The notes under the pieces are model-generated. The model was not told where the DNA came from. It did no database searches and saw only the letters and a program-made list of their open reading frames with translations. The position numbers were made by a program, and so were the translations under genes. This document shows, piece after piece, positions 46,465 through 56,617 of a DNA stretch of 59,895 bases; positions within the stretch are counted from its first letter, which is position 1; every line of letters starts with the position of its first letter. This DNA is from a virus (lineage: Duplodnaviria; Caudoviricetes): the IMG/VR virus record IMGVR_UViG_3300044799_000410, positions 1 to 59,895 of that record; one strand, given 5' to 3'.

Positions 46465-46473
46465 AGGAGAGTT

Positions 46474-48171
46474 GTGCCATATCCATCAGAACATGCAGCA
46501 CGTGTAAAGAATCCTGACGATTTCGAGAAGGACTCTTTTCGTCGCAAGGATATTGCGCCCGGTATTGCCATCATTATTGGGAAAGAAAAGAATGGCAATG
46601 GTTCGATGGTTACTCAGGCTTATCGCTTTGAGAAAACCAAGTTTACCGAGGCCGAGGCTAAGAAATGGCTCGAGGATCATAAAGTTAAATATATATCTTT
46701 TGAGCCAGCCACTTCCAATGTGAATGAAAAATTGACGACCAATACAGCTCGAAAAGAGATCGAGAACGAAAAGGAATATCTGGTCGTGCCTGGTGTGATC
46801 CTCCAGGAACAAGTCATGAATGATTACTTCGTGCCTGAGGATGAGATTGTCAAGTCATACAAAGCCTGGAATGGCAGGCCGGTAGTGATTTACCATCCGA
46901 AGAAAAATGAAGGTTCAGCCAATGTCCCTCCCACAGAGAGAGATGTGGTCGAGATCGGACGTTTTTATAACGCTAAGTGGGACCAGACTACCAAACAAGT
47001 AACTGGTGAATACTGGATTGAAGTGGCCGAGGCTGACAAATTTATCGAGGGGAAAGATGTTTTGAATGCCATCCACGCGAATAAAATCCTTGAGACTTCG
47101 ACAGGATACTTCGCGTTCGAGGATATGACTGGTGGAACCTTCAAAGAACGCCCTTATAGACTCGTCCATCGCGATCTCCAACCCGATCATATTGCCATTC
47201 TCCCCGGTAAAGTCGGGGCATGTTCCATCAAGGACGGTTGTGGTTGTAATCGAAATGAGGTCACGGAGGATTGTATGACCAATTGTCCATTCATCGCAAA
47301 CGTTTTATCAACGGCTCGTCATCCCACCTATAGCGGGACCGAGACTACTTCATGGGATGGTGTCACCAAAACCATCGAAGCCTATGTCGCCGGTTATGAA
47401 AAGGCACATAAGGTAAAAGATGTTCCGAGGAAGGTGGCTGATCTGCCATCTGCCGTCAAAACCTGGATTGCCAGTAAGACATTGCTCGGTGATCCAAAGG
47501 CGGACAATGAACGAGATCTGACGATGTTTCCAGTGGTCAATCCTGGAACCGACAATTTGAATGCCGGAGCACTGCGCGCCGTTCTGAGTGGCCGAGGGTC
47601 TGCGGCCCAAATATCGGCGAGTGCCCGTGATAGCGCCCAGAATATGGCGCGCAATTTACTCGAAAAAGAATTCCACAAGGAGGCAGGCATGAAGAAAAAT
47701 GATTTTGTCCAGTGGCTCAAGGACAAACTTCACCTCGAGGTGAAGGTGAATGAAGCCACCGGCGAGCAGGAGGAAACCTTCGAGATTCTCAAGGAACCCT
47801 TGGCTGCTACTCCAACGCCGGCACAGTTCACCGAAAATGAAGCAACCGCCCTCAAGTCTTTGGCAGGATCTGCCACAGCAATCCTGGCTGCGCTCAAGGA
47901 TATTCCGAAGGCGATTGCACTTGCGCAAAATGCCGAGACCCAGGCGAATGCACGCAAGACCGAAATGGTGGCGCTTATCAAGGCTAACCAGTCAAACCAG
48001 TTGACCGAGGAAGAGTTGAAAACTCTTACCCTTCCGGTCCTGGAGAAGATGAACGCCCAACTCAATATTGACTACACGGGTGCAGGGGGTGCCGGCAGGG
48101 TCATCGAGAAGGGCAAGGGGCTTGAAGTCAAGCCCGTCCTTTTGGCTAAACCAGCAGGAGGTGCATCATGA
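46474..48171 (+). CDS. Prohead protease/scaffold fusion (DUF2213-like)
   Basis: PVVIYHP, ETSTGY, PDHIAILP..VGACS..DGCG; helical scaffold-like C-terminus; SD AGGAG. Confidence 0.8.
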   Translation: MPYPSEHAARVKNPDDFEKDSFRRKDIAPGIAIIIGKEKNGNGSMVTQAYRFEKTKFTEAEAKKWLEDHKVKYISFEPATSNVNEKLTTNTARKEIENEKEYLVVPGVILQEQVMNDYFVPEDEIVKSYKAWNGRPVVIYHPKKNEGSANVPPTERDVVEIGRFYNAKWDQTTKQVTGEYWIEVAEADKFIEGKDVLNAIHANKILETSTGYFAFEDMTGGTFKERPYRLVHRDLQPDHIAILPGKVGACSIKDGCGCNRNEVTEDCMTNCPFIANVLSTARHPTYSGTETTSWDGVTKTIEAYVAGYEKAHKVKDVPRKVADLPSAVKTWIASKTLLGDPKADNERDLTMFPVVNPGTDNLNAGALRAVLSGRGSAAQISASARDSAQNMARNLLEKEFHKEAGMKKNDFVQWLKDKLHLEVKVNEATGEQEETFEILKEPLAATPTPAQFTENEATALKSLAGSATAILAALKDIPKAIALAQNAETQANARKTEMVALIKANQSNQLTEEELKTLTLPVLEKMNAQLNIDYTGAGGAGRVIEKGKGLEVKPVLLAKPAGGAS

Positions 48172-48593
48172 GTAACACAATCCTGATTGGACCTGCCGGT
48201 ATCCGCAAGGAACGTAAACGCAGTACCGTCGTTGTCGAGCCAGGAATGCTTCTGGCATATACGACCGCCTTGGCGGTCCTGCCACACTCCAGCGCAGCGG
48301 GTATGGCAAAACCGATGATGGTGGCCATCGAGGAACCGGAGAATTCCGGCCGCGACATCGATGATGGTTACGATGTCACCGGTGAGATCGTTCAGTGCGA
48401 TTTCCCGCTTCCGGGCCAGGATCGTTATATGTGGCTGGCTGCTGGCGAAACTGCCAGCAAGGGCAGCGACCTCAATAGCGACGGGGCCGGCGCGCTGCAG
48501 GTTGGATCTACCAACAAAGTAGCCACGGCGCTTGAGGCGGTCAACAACAGCGCAGGTTATGTACCTGTCCGCATCAAAGTGGAGGTGTGCTGA
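48168..48593 (+). CDS. Capsid decoration/cement protein
   Basis: Between protease and capsid; L.SDGAGALQ...VATALEAV...RIKVEV. Confidence 0.7.
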   Translation: MSNTILIGPAGIRKERKRSTVVVEPGMLLAYTTALAVLPHSSAAGMAKPMMVAIEEPENSGRDIDDGYDVTGEIVQCDFPLPGQDRYMWLAAGETASKGSDLNSDGAGALQVGSTNKVATALEAVNNSAGYVPVRIKVEVC

Positions 48594-49633
48594 TGAACAA
48601 CCAACTTATTCTCCAACAGGGTTACATGAACCAGGGTGACATCCTGGACGTGTCTGCCCTACGCCCTTTCATCAATAAGAAGGGTGAAGCGGTTGTCCAT
48701 AACGGCGAGCGCGAGCGCGTCGTTCACAACGCCCTCCTGCGGCAATACGAATGGGAAACCATTGACGCTGCTGTTTTGGACGTAATGCGCCAACCCATCG
48801 TTGGCATTGCCGACCTGATCGCGGCCGGTCTGACCCGTCCTCTGGGCGGCTTGGGAACACTCACCTCGACCTATGAGCAGTTGAAAGACATGGATGATGC
48901 CGAAGTCACCATGAATATCACTGCCCAGAATGCTAACAAGGACAAGGTGGGCTTCGAGCCTCAATCCATTCCCGTTCCGATCATTTCGAAACCTTTCGAG
49001 ATCGACATCCGTATGCTGGAAGCCTCCCGGAAGATGGGCGAGACCCTGGATGTGACCATGACCCGCGTGGCTACGATCAAGGTACGGGACGCCCTGGAAA
49101 CCATTTTGTTCAATGGTTCGAGCCTCGTGGTCGGAACCATGTCCATCTATGGATACACCACGGCTCCCCACATCGATACCAAGACCGCCGCTGTCTATGG
49201 CGGTGGAGATTTTGGTACGGACACCAACGGTCACAAGACCCTCGTCGGAATGATGGCGGCTCTGGTGGCCAAGGGCTTCAATGGTCCATTCGGTGTCTAT
49301 GTTTCCACCACCCAATATTCTCAGTTGCAGGCATTGACCGGGACAAACAAGTCCGAAACGCAGTTGAGCGTCATCCTGCGCACCCTGGGCACCGCTCAAG
49401 GCGGTACCCTGCAATTCGTCAAGCGCGGTCCGAAACTGGCCGATGGGAAAACCGTCATGGTCCAGTTGACTTCCGAGGTGGTCGATCTGGCCGTTGGCCA
49501 GGATGTTGCAGCCATCTCCTGGGCTGAGTTCGGCGGGATGCTGACGCAGTTCCGGGTTCTGACCGCGGCTGTTCCTCGCATCAAGTTCGATAGCAACAAC
49601 GCCTGCGGCGTCGCCGTCGCGACCGCTTGCTAA
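48593..49633 (+). CDS. Major capsid protein (HK97 fold, encapsulin/Linocin M18-like)
   Basis: LRQYEWETIDAAV, PVPIISKPFEIDIRMLEASR, LFNG, IYGYTTAPH; SD GGAGG. Confidence 0.88.
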   Translation: MNNQLILQQGYMNQGDILDVSALRPFINKKGEAVVHNGERERVVHNALLRQYEWETIDAAVLDVMRQPIVGIADLIAAGLTRPLGGLGTLTSTYEQLKDMDDAEVTMNITAQNANKDKVGFEPQSIPVPIISKPFEIDIRMLEASRKMGETLDVTMTRVATIKVRDALETILFNGSSLVVGTMSIYGYTTAPHIDTKTAAVYGGGDFGTDTNGHKTLVGMMAALVAKGFNGPFGVYVSTTQYSQLQALTGTNKSETQLSVILRTLGTAQGGTLQFVKRGPKLADGKTVMVQLTSEVVDLAVGQDVAAISWAEFGGMLTQFRVLTAAVPRIKFDSNNACGVAVATAC

Positions 49634-49636
49634 TGG

Positions 49637-49666
49637 ATTGGGCGGGCGCAAGTCCGCCCAATTTCT
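49637..49666 (+). terminator. Hairpin after capsid gene (terminator/attenuator)
   Basis: 11-bp stem with GCAA tetraloop; weak pyrimidine tail. Confidence 0.55.
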
Positions 49667-49669
49667 CTC

Positions 49670-50128
49670 ATGCCTTACTGCACCGTTGCCCAAGTTGGAG
49701 ATTTTGCCAGGACATGGGCCAGGAATGGATTGTTCGTAAATCCATCGGGAACTGATCCCGGAACGAACCCGACTTTATCTGCTGTGACGAGTTGGGTTGC
49801 AAACATCTCACATCAGATGGATCTGGCCCTGGCGCAGCATTTTTTGCAGACGCCTATTCCTGTCACCAATCTGACGGCCTATGGAGCCGTATCAATCTAT
49901 GTGGCTCAGGTCGTGGCAGATTTGGTCGCCGCCCATAGGGGTGAGGGCCGTCTGATGGCCGATAAATTTGTTGGAAAAGGCGTCTCCAGGATGGCCGTCA
50001 TCAATGCAGAGATAAACGACTGGATTGAACAGAATGTTGATGGCCTTGTAGCCAGTGGAGTAGCACAGATAGTCAATATTGCCAAGAAATATTCGGTGTC
50101 GGCTGGCTCTTTGTGGAAGTCAACGTGA
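49670..50128 (+). CDS. Head-tail connector protein
   Basis: MPYCTVAQV N-terminal motif; position after capsid. Confidence 0.65.
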   Translation: MPYCTVAQVGDFARTWARNGLFVNPSGTDPGTNPTLSAVTSWVANISHQMDLALAQHFLQTPIPVTNLTAYGAVSIYVAQVVADLVAAHRGEGRLMADKFVGKGVSRMAVINAEINDWIEQNVDGLVASGVAQIVNIAKKYSVSAGSLWKST

Positions 50129-50571
50129 ACATCGTTTCCAATATCCAGGATGCCATTGCCAAGGTAGTCGGATTTGCAACTGCCATCCCGGAAGCATTCG
50201 AGGTTGTTGGCGAGACTGTTGGAATCATACATTCACGAATGGCGGAGGAAGGATCGCCAATCTCCTATCCAGTAGATTGGGATAGCGAGAAACAGAGGGA
50301 AGCCTTTTTCGCTACTGGTGGTTTCGGAAAAGGCATTCCATACCAGCGCCAAGGAGTATATGAGGCTGGATGGAAGGAAGGACAAACTTCTGCCGGTTAC
50401 GAACTGGCGAATGCTCATCCAGCCGGAGCAATCGGCGGGACGCCAGAAGGATGGCAATCTCGAATTCACCGTGGACGTTGGAACAATCTGGCCACGGTAC
50501 TGACAACAGAACTCGGATCCTTGATCGGAAAGTTACTCGATAGATTGGCGTTTGCCTGGAGTTCTGCATGA
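50113..50571 (+). CDS. Neck / tail-completion protein
   Basis: Position; SEKQR.AFFA, YQRQG, QSRIH.GRW. Confidence 0.55.
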   Translation: MEVNVNIVSNIQDAIAKVVGFATAIPEAFEVVGETVGIIHSRMAEEGSPISYPVDWDSEKQREAFFATGGFGKGIPYQRQGVYEAGWKEGQTSAGYELANAHPAGAIGGTPEGWQSRIHRGRWNNLATVLTTELGSLIGKLLDRLAFAWSSA

Positions 50572-51047
50572 CCACACCGATACCGAACTTTTACAAAGAA
50601 TGTGAGGATGGCGCAATTGCCCTACTCCAAACCTTGACCACTGACTTCATAAAAAAGTGGCAGGTTTCAAATAATAATGATGCCATTTTATTGGGTGGCG
50701 ATAAATTCGCCATCTTTACTCTAGGTGAATTTGACTTCACTCCTGAGGATAAAGAGGAAGGCAAAACAACCGAGTATGCAGATTGGATCCTCTATTTTGA
50801 TCTAATCCTCCGCTATGGCGAGGCAGATACGGCCAAAACAACTTTCAATGCACTGCGTAATGCCGTTATCTACTCATTCAAAACCAATCAGACACTAAAA
50901 AATACGCCTGGTGTCGAAAAAGTAAAAATCGGTACGAAAGGACCTCTCATGCAACTTCCAGGCAATGTCACCAAACCAGATTTTATTTATCAAACCATGC
51001 GCCTGGAAATCCACCAGTTGGTTTATTTCCTAGGAAGTGATGTATGA
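50568..51047 (+). CDS. Putative tail terminator
   Basis: Position before major tail protein; size 159 aa. Confidence 0.5.
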   Translation: MTTPIPNFYKECEDGAIALLQTLTTDFIKKWQVSNNNDAILLGGDKFAIFTLGEFDFTPEDKEEGKTTEYADWILYFDLILRYGEADTAKTTFNALRNAVIYSFKTNQTLKNTPGVEKVKIGTKGPLMQLPGNVTKPDFIYQTMRLEIHQLVYFLGSDV

Positions 51048-51268
51048 GTGGTCGTAAGAGAAGTTCAAAAGGAAAACTTCCGGTGGGAGCCGTCACAAAG
51101 ACGCTTACACCGATAAAAACAATGAAATGTCCGGTGCATGATTACCCAATCGAGGTGATCAGTGTGCCAGGTCGTCAATATGCAATCTGTAGTTGTCCCG
51201 TTCGAGATAAACATTCCGGGCGGGTAGTTTGGGAGCATTTGGATATTACTCCTCCCAAAAATAGTTGA
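51044..51268 (+). CDS. Small Zn-binding hypothetical protein
   Basis: CPVH...CSC...H; ATGA coupling. Confidence 0.55.
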   Translation: MSGRKRSSKGKLPVGAVTKTLTPIKTMKCPVHDYPIEVISVPGRQYAICSCPVRDKHSGRVVWEHLDITPPKNS

Positions 51269-51283
51269 AAAGGAGTGTGAATT

Positions 51284-52111
51284 ATGGGCGCAGTCTCTGG
51301 TTTGCAATATGGAGTTGGGGCGCGTTTTGCGGCGATTATCCCCCTGGACGTGGACGGGAAACCGGATTTCACCACCCTCGCGGCGACAAATGCTTATAAC
51401 GGTTTGAACTTCCAGGGTTTCCATAGTTGGGAAGTACCTTCATTGGCTCGCACGAAGATCACCCACATGGATAACGATGGACCTGCCGTGGTGGACTTCC
51501 TGCCTCCAAAGGAAGGTGCGTCGGCCACTCTGAAAATCGGCGTCGATAATCAAGTTGTCAATGCCTTTTTGCAGGGTGTCAAAAAGGTGACTATCGGTGA
51601 AGCGACCGGTGTCCCTTATATCACCGACAAGATGGGATTCGAGCCTACCATTAGTCTTTTCCTGTACCAGCAATCCAAGGACAAGGCTACCCGTCTGCGA
51701 AGGTGGCGTTATGCCACCATTCCTAGTGCCCTGTGCATCCCGGATCCGGGTCCCTTTAACGAGAATGCCCAGGAACGCACTTATCAGTGCGCACTGAACA
51801 AATCCACCAAACAAATCTGGGGCGTGGAACTAACCGAGGCGATTGATGGTTGTCTCGAGGCGGCCTTGTTCGACTGGATGGCCGAGGGAATCCCGACACT
51901 TTTGTTCTGGAACGCGGACGGCATCGAAGATGAATTCCTGTTCGAGGTGGGCGGTGCAGCGGTGGCAGCCCTCTCCACGGCGAAGATCACTGTATGGGAT
52001 TGGGACGCCGGCACGCCCATCACCAGTGGCATCACCAAGACGACTGCCAAGATTACCTTTTCCTATCCTCCCACGACCGGGCATGTAATCGTCGCCCTGA
52101 TTGAGCGATAA
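51284..52111 (+). CDS. Major tail (tube) protein
   Basis: SD AGGAG; directly before chaperone and tape measure; beta-rich. Confidence 0.7.
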   Translation: MGAVSGLQYGVGARFAAIIPLDVDGKPDFTTLAATNAYNGLNFQGFHSWEVPSLARTKITHMDNDGPAVVDFLPPKEGASATLKIGVDNQVVNAFLQGVKKVTIGEATGVPYITDKMGFEPTISLFLYQQSKDKATRLRRWRYATIPSALCIPDPGPFNENAQERTYQCALNKSTKQIWGVELTEAIDGCLEAALFDWMAEGIPTLLFWNADGIEDEFLFEVGGAAVAALSTAKITVWDWDAGTPITSGITKTTAKITFSYPPTTGHVIVALIER

Positions 52112-52128
52112 CAGAATCGAGATATTGA

Positions 52129-52518
52129 ATGGAACTAAAAACTGCCGTGGTTACCTTCCGTGATGGCAGGAAATTGACCATCACGGAAGAAAATTGGCCT
52201 ATTGCTGCAAGAAAAGCAGAATTGGAATCCCTGGCCGATAAAACGCCAAATCCAGATGCTCAACGTTATCTGTTCGACCGAATGGCCTATCCTATGTTGG
52301 CTGCGGCAGCCTCGGGCGATGTCCCAACCGCAGAAGAAGCCTATCTTATGCCGACTATAGAACTCGATAAATGGCACAAGGCGGTCGAGGAAATAAATCC
52401 GCAATGGATCGCACAATTCGACGCGCAGAAGGTAGCCTTGGAAAAGATGAACAAGGTAGAGGCTAAAAAAACACTCAAAAAAAAAGGGAAGAAGCGGATG
52501 AAGTCTACGACCGGCTAA
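52129..52518 (+). CDS. Tail assembly chaperone (G)
   Basis: Between tail tube and tape measure; A9 slippery run near 3' end. Confidence 0.75.
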   Translation: MELKTAVVTFRDGRKLTITEENWPIAARKAELESLADKTPNPDAQRYLFDRMAYPMLAAAASGDVPTAEEAYLMPTIELDKWHKAVEEINPQWIAQFDAQKVALEKMNKVEAKKTLKKKGKKRMKSTTG

Positions 52519-52772
52519 TCCGCATGGTCGAGGGCGGGGATGAGGAAAACCTGCCCGATACACTCGATCTTACACTTGGGGAGATAGATAAGTATTGGGG
52601 ACATTGGTTACTCTGGCGTGCAACTGGACGCCGGGTAGATTATGATCATGCCCTATCGAATTTTCCTAAAGCCCTGTGGGATGTCTTTTTCTTACTTGAC
52701 AAACTACTTGGCATCATCGAGAAACAGAAGTTGAAACAGGAACAGGAACAGGATCAGACAAGCGATGGGTGA
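52477..52772 (+). CDS. Tail assembly chaperone -1 frameshift extension (GT)
   Basis: A9 run 52477-52485; -1 frame is open: REEADEVYDRLIRMVEGG... to stop at 52772. Confidence 0.75.
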
Positions 52773-55548
52773 TAACTTCGATGTTCTCATCAGATTCCTG
52801 ACCAGTTATGAAGGCAAAGGCGCGCAACAGGCCATTGCCGATCTGAACGCTGTTAATCAGGCCCAGGGGGGCACAACTGCCAAATCAACCGATACTACTG
52901 CTGCATCCTTGCAGAATCTGCGTACACAGGTGCAAGGTGTTTCGACAGACACGAAAGTTGTTGTCGACCAATTCCAACAACTGAGAGACCTGGGATCAAC
53001 AATGGGGGCTGGAGGAGAAAAGGTAATCATCCCTCCGGTCGATTCTGCTTCATGGGAGAGATTCAATCAAATAACTGGACAAACTGTCGACCAACTCCAA
53101 TCATTACGACAGACTGGGGGTGAGTTCAAAGGTTTCACCGATGCAACCGAATTTGCTAATCAGAGTCTAGACGAACTCAACGCAAGATTTGAGAAGTTTG
53201 GACTGACTGGACAAGATGCGGGAGAAAAGGCAGCAAAAGGTCTGAACGTTATGGCCGAGACTTATCCCCATGCTGCCGCAGAAATAGATGCCCTAAATGA
53301 GGCCTTTCAACGCAGTCCAGCTCTGATCGAAAAACAGCAAAGGGCCGCTGTACAATCTGCCATCTCGCAACAGTGGGAATATCGCCGTCTGCAATATGCC
53401 GGACGTGCCATGACAGAAATCGCACAGACGTTCTTTGTGCCGTCTGTGGCGGTCCTTACAGGGGCGGTAGCATGGGCGCAGAACTATGTCAAGAACGCGA
53501 CAACGGCTAATCAGATTACAAGAGATTGGAAAAGCACGACAGACAGCCTGACATATTCGCAATCTCGCGTCGGAGCAGTCTTGGCAGAGGTCGAATTACC
53601 TGCCTTGCAGGAAATGGCCCGACTTTCAAACGCGGCGGCAGGATTTATCGAGAAGAATCCAGATCTTGTAAAAGGTGTGCTAACTGGTGCGGGAGTGGTA
53701 GCGGCGATTTCGGGAATGGCGCTTTTAGCAGCCAAGGGGATTAGATTGTATGCAGATGTTGGATATATTACGGCCACCAATGAGTTTTTCGCAGCACAGG
53801 CAGGATTTGGTATAAGTGTTCATGAATTCACCGCGGCTGTTGCGGCCAATAAGGGAATACCAACAGCCATACCGGTGGGGGGAACCGCGGCTGCGGTCGG
53901 CGGAGCAAGTCTAATATCGGTTCTCAGTACATTGCTGGCGGTTGTCGGTGGAATCGTTGCTGGCGGCGCAATCTATAATGCCATCAAGCCGACTGGTGCC
54001 CCAACTGCCCAACAAACTGCTGCTATGGCTGGAGTATTGTCGTCTGAGGGAGCCTATCAACTCATTCTAAAACATCTTGGGAAATTTGGCGAAGGAATAA
54101 ATGACGTTAATAAAATTATCAACAGTGTAGTTCTTGGCTGGACAGGAATAAAAGTTAATTGGGGGGCTGGGGCAGGAGCCGGAGCGATTCCCGCCGTTCC
54201 GTTTGAGCAAAAATCCTGGTTTCAAGATGCACTCAAGGCATGGCAGGATTATAGTACGCAAGTCACCTCTGCGACTACATCCTATAATAAACAACGTTTA
54301 TCGATAGAAATCAATTATGAAAAGCAACGCACGGAAACAGTTGCGAATTATGCCAAGCAAAGGGCTCAATCAGAGGCAAGTTACCAACTCGGTGTTTCAA
54401 GGTCATGGCGTGATTATTTGCAGAACGAAGGGGATATTGAACGGAAGTATTATGCAGATAGAACAAGGGCCGCCGCGGATACCGCCGAGGAACTTCTCAG
54501 AGCACAACAAGATAATCAACTCAGGTTGCAGCAAGCGTTAGAAGCCAATGCAACTGCCATGCAGGGATCACTGGAACAGCGCAATGCGCAAGCCTTGATA
54601 AAAGAGTACCAATTAAACGCTAGCCTGTTAGCCGCCGCCGCCGAGTATGGGACAGCGGCTTTGCGTGCTGAAGAAGATCACCAGATCGAAATGGCACGTG
54701 ATTTAGAGGACCACGAGAACAGGCAAAAAGATTTGCTGGAAACGCGCGACGGCCTAGCAATGATACGCGAGGACGAGCAGTACGAACTGGCACGAAAACG
54801 CAAAGAAGAAGATTATTTACTTGCATCAGAACGTCGCGACACAGACGCCGCAATAGCCGCACGAGATCGGGAGATTCAATTTGCCGAAGAGCGTGCTCAA
54901 CGTGCACGCGATTTCCAACAGAAAATGGCTGATAATGCAGTAGATCACGATACCGAGATGGCACAGGCTGCTGCTAACGAAGCAGATACCTTAGCAAAAC
55001 AACAAGCCGATTACAATGATCAAGAGAAGGCGCTCGCCGATTCTTATCACGAGCAACTTTCCACTTTGGAAAGATCTTTTAGGGACAGATTGAACACGAT
55101 TGATCAAGCCATCCTGGGCGATTATGCTGCGGTTCAGGCTACGGTAGCCAAAATGACTGCGGATTTCAGAGCATGGTTGATCACAATGGGATCTTCGCTT
55201 TTTACTAATGTACCTGTTCCAGCAAAGGATAGTGGCGGACCTATGTATCCTGGAAAAACCTACATCAATACCAGTGGAAAACTTGAATGGGCACTAAACC
55301 CCGCCGATACCGCCAGAATGATTTCGGGCGGTGGATCTGCCTACCGTTTTGCAGAACAATCTATCGGTGGCCAGTTATTTCAAGATCGCGTGCTCGCCGC
55401 CATGCTCAATATGAATAATCGAAGCAACCAATATTTAGACAATCGTATTCTCAAGTTTTATAATGTTCCTGAGGAATTGCGCGAAGCGATCAGACGTGAT
55501 GTGCATACTATCACACTGGAAGCTGTGAAAGAGGCGATGGAATCATGA
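52765..55548 (+). CDS. Tape measure protein
   Basis: 927 aa, Ala/Gln-rich helical, central hydrophobic segments, C-terminal GG motif. Confidence 0.88.
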   Translation: MGDNFDVLIRFLTSYEGKGAQQAIADLNAVNQAQGGTTAKSTDTTAASLQNLRTQVQGVSTDTKVVVDQFQQLRDLGSTMGAGGEKVIIPPVDSASWERFNQITGQTVDQLQSLRQTGGEFKGFTDATEFANQSLDELNARFEKFGLTGQDAGEKAAKGLNVMAETYPHAAAEIDALNEAFQRSPALIEKQQRAAVQSAISQQWEYRRLQYAGRAMTEIAQTFFVPSVAVLTGAVAWAQNYVKNATTANQITRDWKSTTDSLTYSQSRVGAVLAEVELPALQEMARLSNAAAGFIEKNPDLVKGVLTGAGVVAAISGMALLAAKGIRLYADVGYITATNEFFAAQAGFGISVHEFTAAVAANKGIPTAIPVGGTAAAVGGASLISVLSTLLAVVGGIVAGGAIYNAIKPTGAPTAQQTAAMAGVLSSEGAYQLILKHLGKFGEGINDVNKIINSVVLGWTGIKVNWGAGAGAGAIPAVPFEQKSWFQDALKAWQDYSTQVTSATTSYNKQRLSIEINYEKQRTETVANYAKQRAQSEASYQLGVSRSWRDYLQNEGDIERKYYADRTRAAADTAEELLRAQQDNQLRLQQALEANATAMQGSLEQRNAQALIKEYQLNASLLAAAAEYGTAALRAEEDHQIEMARDLEDHENRQKDLLETRDGLAMIREDEQYELARKRKEEDYLLASERRDTDAAIAARDREIQFAEERAQRARDFQQKMADNAVDHDTEMAQAAANEADTLAKQQADYNDQEKALADSYHEQLSTLERSFRDRLNTIDQAILGDYAAVQATVAKMTADFRAWLITMGSSLFTNVPVPAKDSGGPMYPGKTYINTSGKLEWALNPADTARMISGGGSAYRFAEQSIGGQLFQDRVLAAMLNMNNRSNQYLDNRILKFYNVPEELREAIRRDVHTITLEAVKEAMES

Positions 55549-56027
55549 CAACTCGGTTTGGTTTTGAGATAGGCACCACTATTGCCGGCATGATTAACTT
55601 GGAGGAACTCACAATCGATGGAGGAGATGAAGGAATTTTTGCCTCACCTGTTACACCACCCAAATCCACTTTCTCTCCCTATGTAGAAGTAATAGAATTG
55701 GCAGATGGCAGTATGAGAGGGCGAGGCGCAGCGATTGCTTCCTGGCATTGGGATGTGATCCCCCGGACACAACGTGATCGACTACGAATGTTCTGCCCTG
55801 CGCCGGCCGTTTCTTCATCCGTCTACATCCGCACCTACACCAAGGACAATGCCCAAGAACTGAAATTATTCCATTGTAAAATGATCTGGCCTGTCACTGA
55901 TGAGGAAAGAAATGCTACCAGGGCCGTTGATTTCACCATCGAATTCAAACAACTTACCGGGTGTGATGGTCTATTGGACGTGACTCTCGGTACGCTTACA
56001 TTGGTCGGCACCGGGACTGTCGTATAA
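55545..56027 (+). CDS. Distal tail-like protein
   Basis: Directly after tape measure; LADGS.RG.G...WHW...F.IEF. Confidence 0.55.
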   Translation: MTTRFGFEIGTTIAGMINLEELTIDGGDEGIFASPVTPPKSTFSPYVEVIELADGSMRGRGAAIASWHWDVIPRTQRDRLRMFCPAPAVSSSVYIRTYTKDNAQELKLFHCKMIWPVTDEERNATRAVDFTIEFKQLTGCDGLLDVTLGTLTLVGTGTVV

Positions 56028-56037
56028 GGAGTCTCAA

Positions 56038-56616
56038 ATGGCTATTCCTACAAGTTTTATTCCCGAATATCCTGGCACGCGTTACGGAAGACTTATTATT
56101 ATTCGACGCGCAGAAAATATTGCTAGAGATAAGAGTATTCAAGCTGCATGGTTGTGTCAATGTGATTGTGGTAATCAAACTATCGTACGCGGACGCCAAT
56201 TGCGGTCAGGAAAAACTAAAAGTTGTGGATGTTTGAGAGATGAACGAGCCAGAGAAATGAATTCATTACCAAAAGGAATTTGTGGCCGCAATAGAGCAAT
56301 TTCCGTAATGCGAGCCAATGCTAAGAAGCGTGGGCATAAATGGGAACTAACCGACGAGCAAGTAATAACACTGATGGTCAAAGATTGCTATTATTGTGGA
56401 GCCAAACCATCATCAGTATCAAAGGGTACGAATGGAAATTTTATTTATAATGGCCTTGATCGGGTAGATAATAATGGTGGTTATACAACCGACAATATAG
56501 TGCCTTGCTGCATTTCATGCAACGAATCTAAGCGTACAAAAAGTGTAGGAGAATTTTTGGATTTGGTTGAAAGAATTTATATCCATTCGATATTGAAACG
56601 CAAAAAGGAAATCTAA
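56038..56616 (+). CDS. HNH homing endonuclease
   Basis: RYGRL, WLCQCDCG, KSCGC N-domain; CYYCG...GLDRVDN..GY..DNIVPCCISCN..K. Confidence 0.88.
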   Translation: MAIPTSFIPEYPGTRYGRLIIIRRAENIARDKSIQAAWLCQCDCGNQTIVRGRQLRSGKTKSCGCLRDERAREMNSLPKGICGRNRAISVMRANAKKRGHKWELTDEQVITLMVKDCYYCGAKPSSVSKGTNGNFIYNGLDRVDNNGGYTTDNIVPCCISCNESKRTKSVGEFLDLVERIYIHSILKRKKEI

Positions 56617-56617
56617 A

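Noticed and set aside
48659-49693. 344-aa minus-strand ORF
   Set aside because: Antisense shadow of the major capsid gene; no motifs
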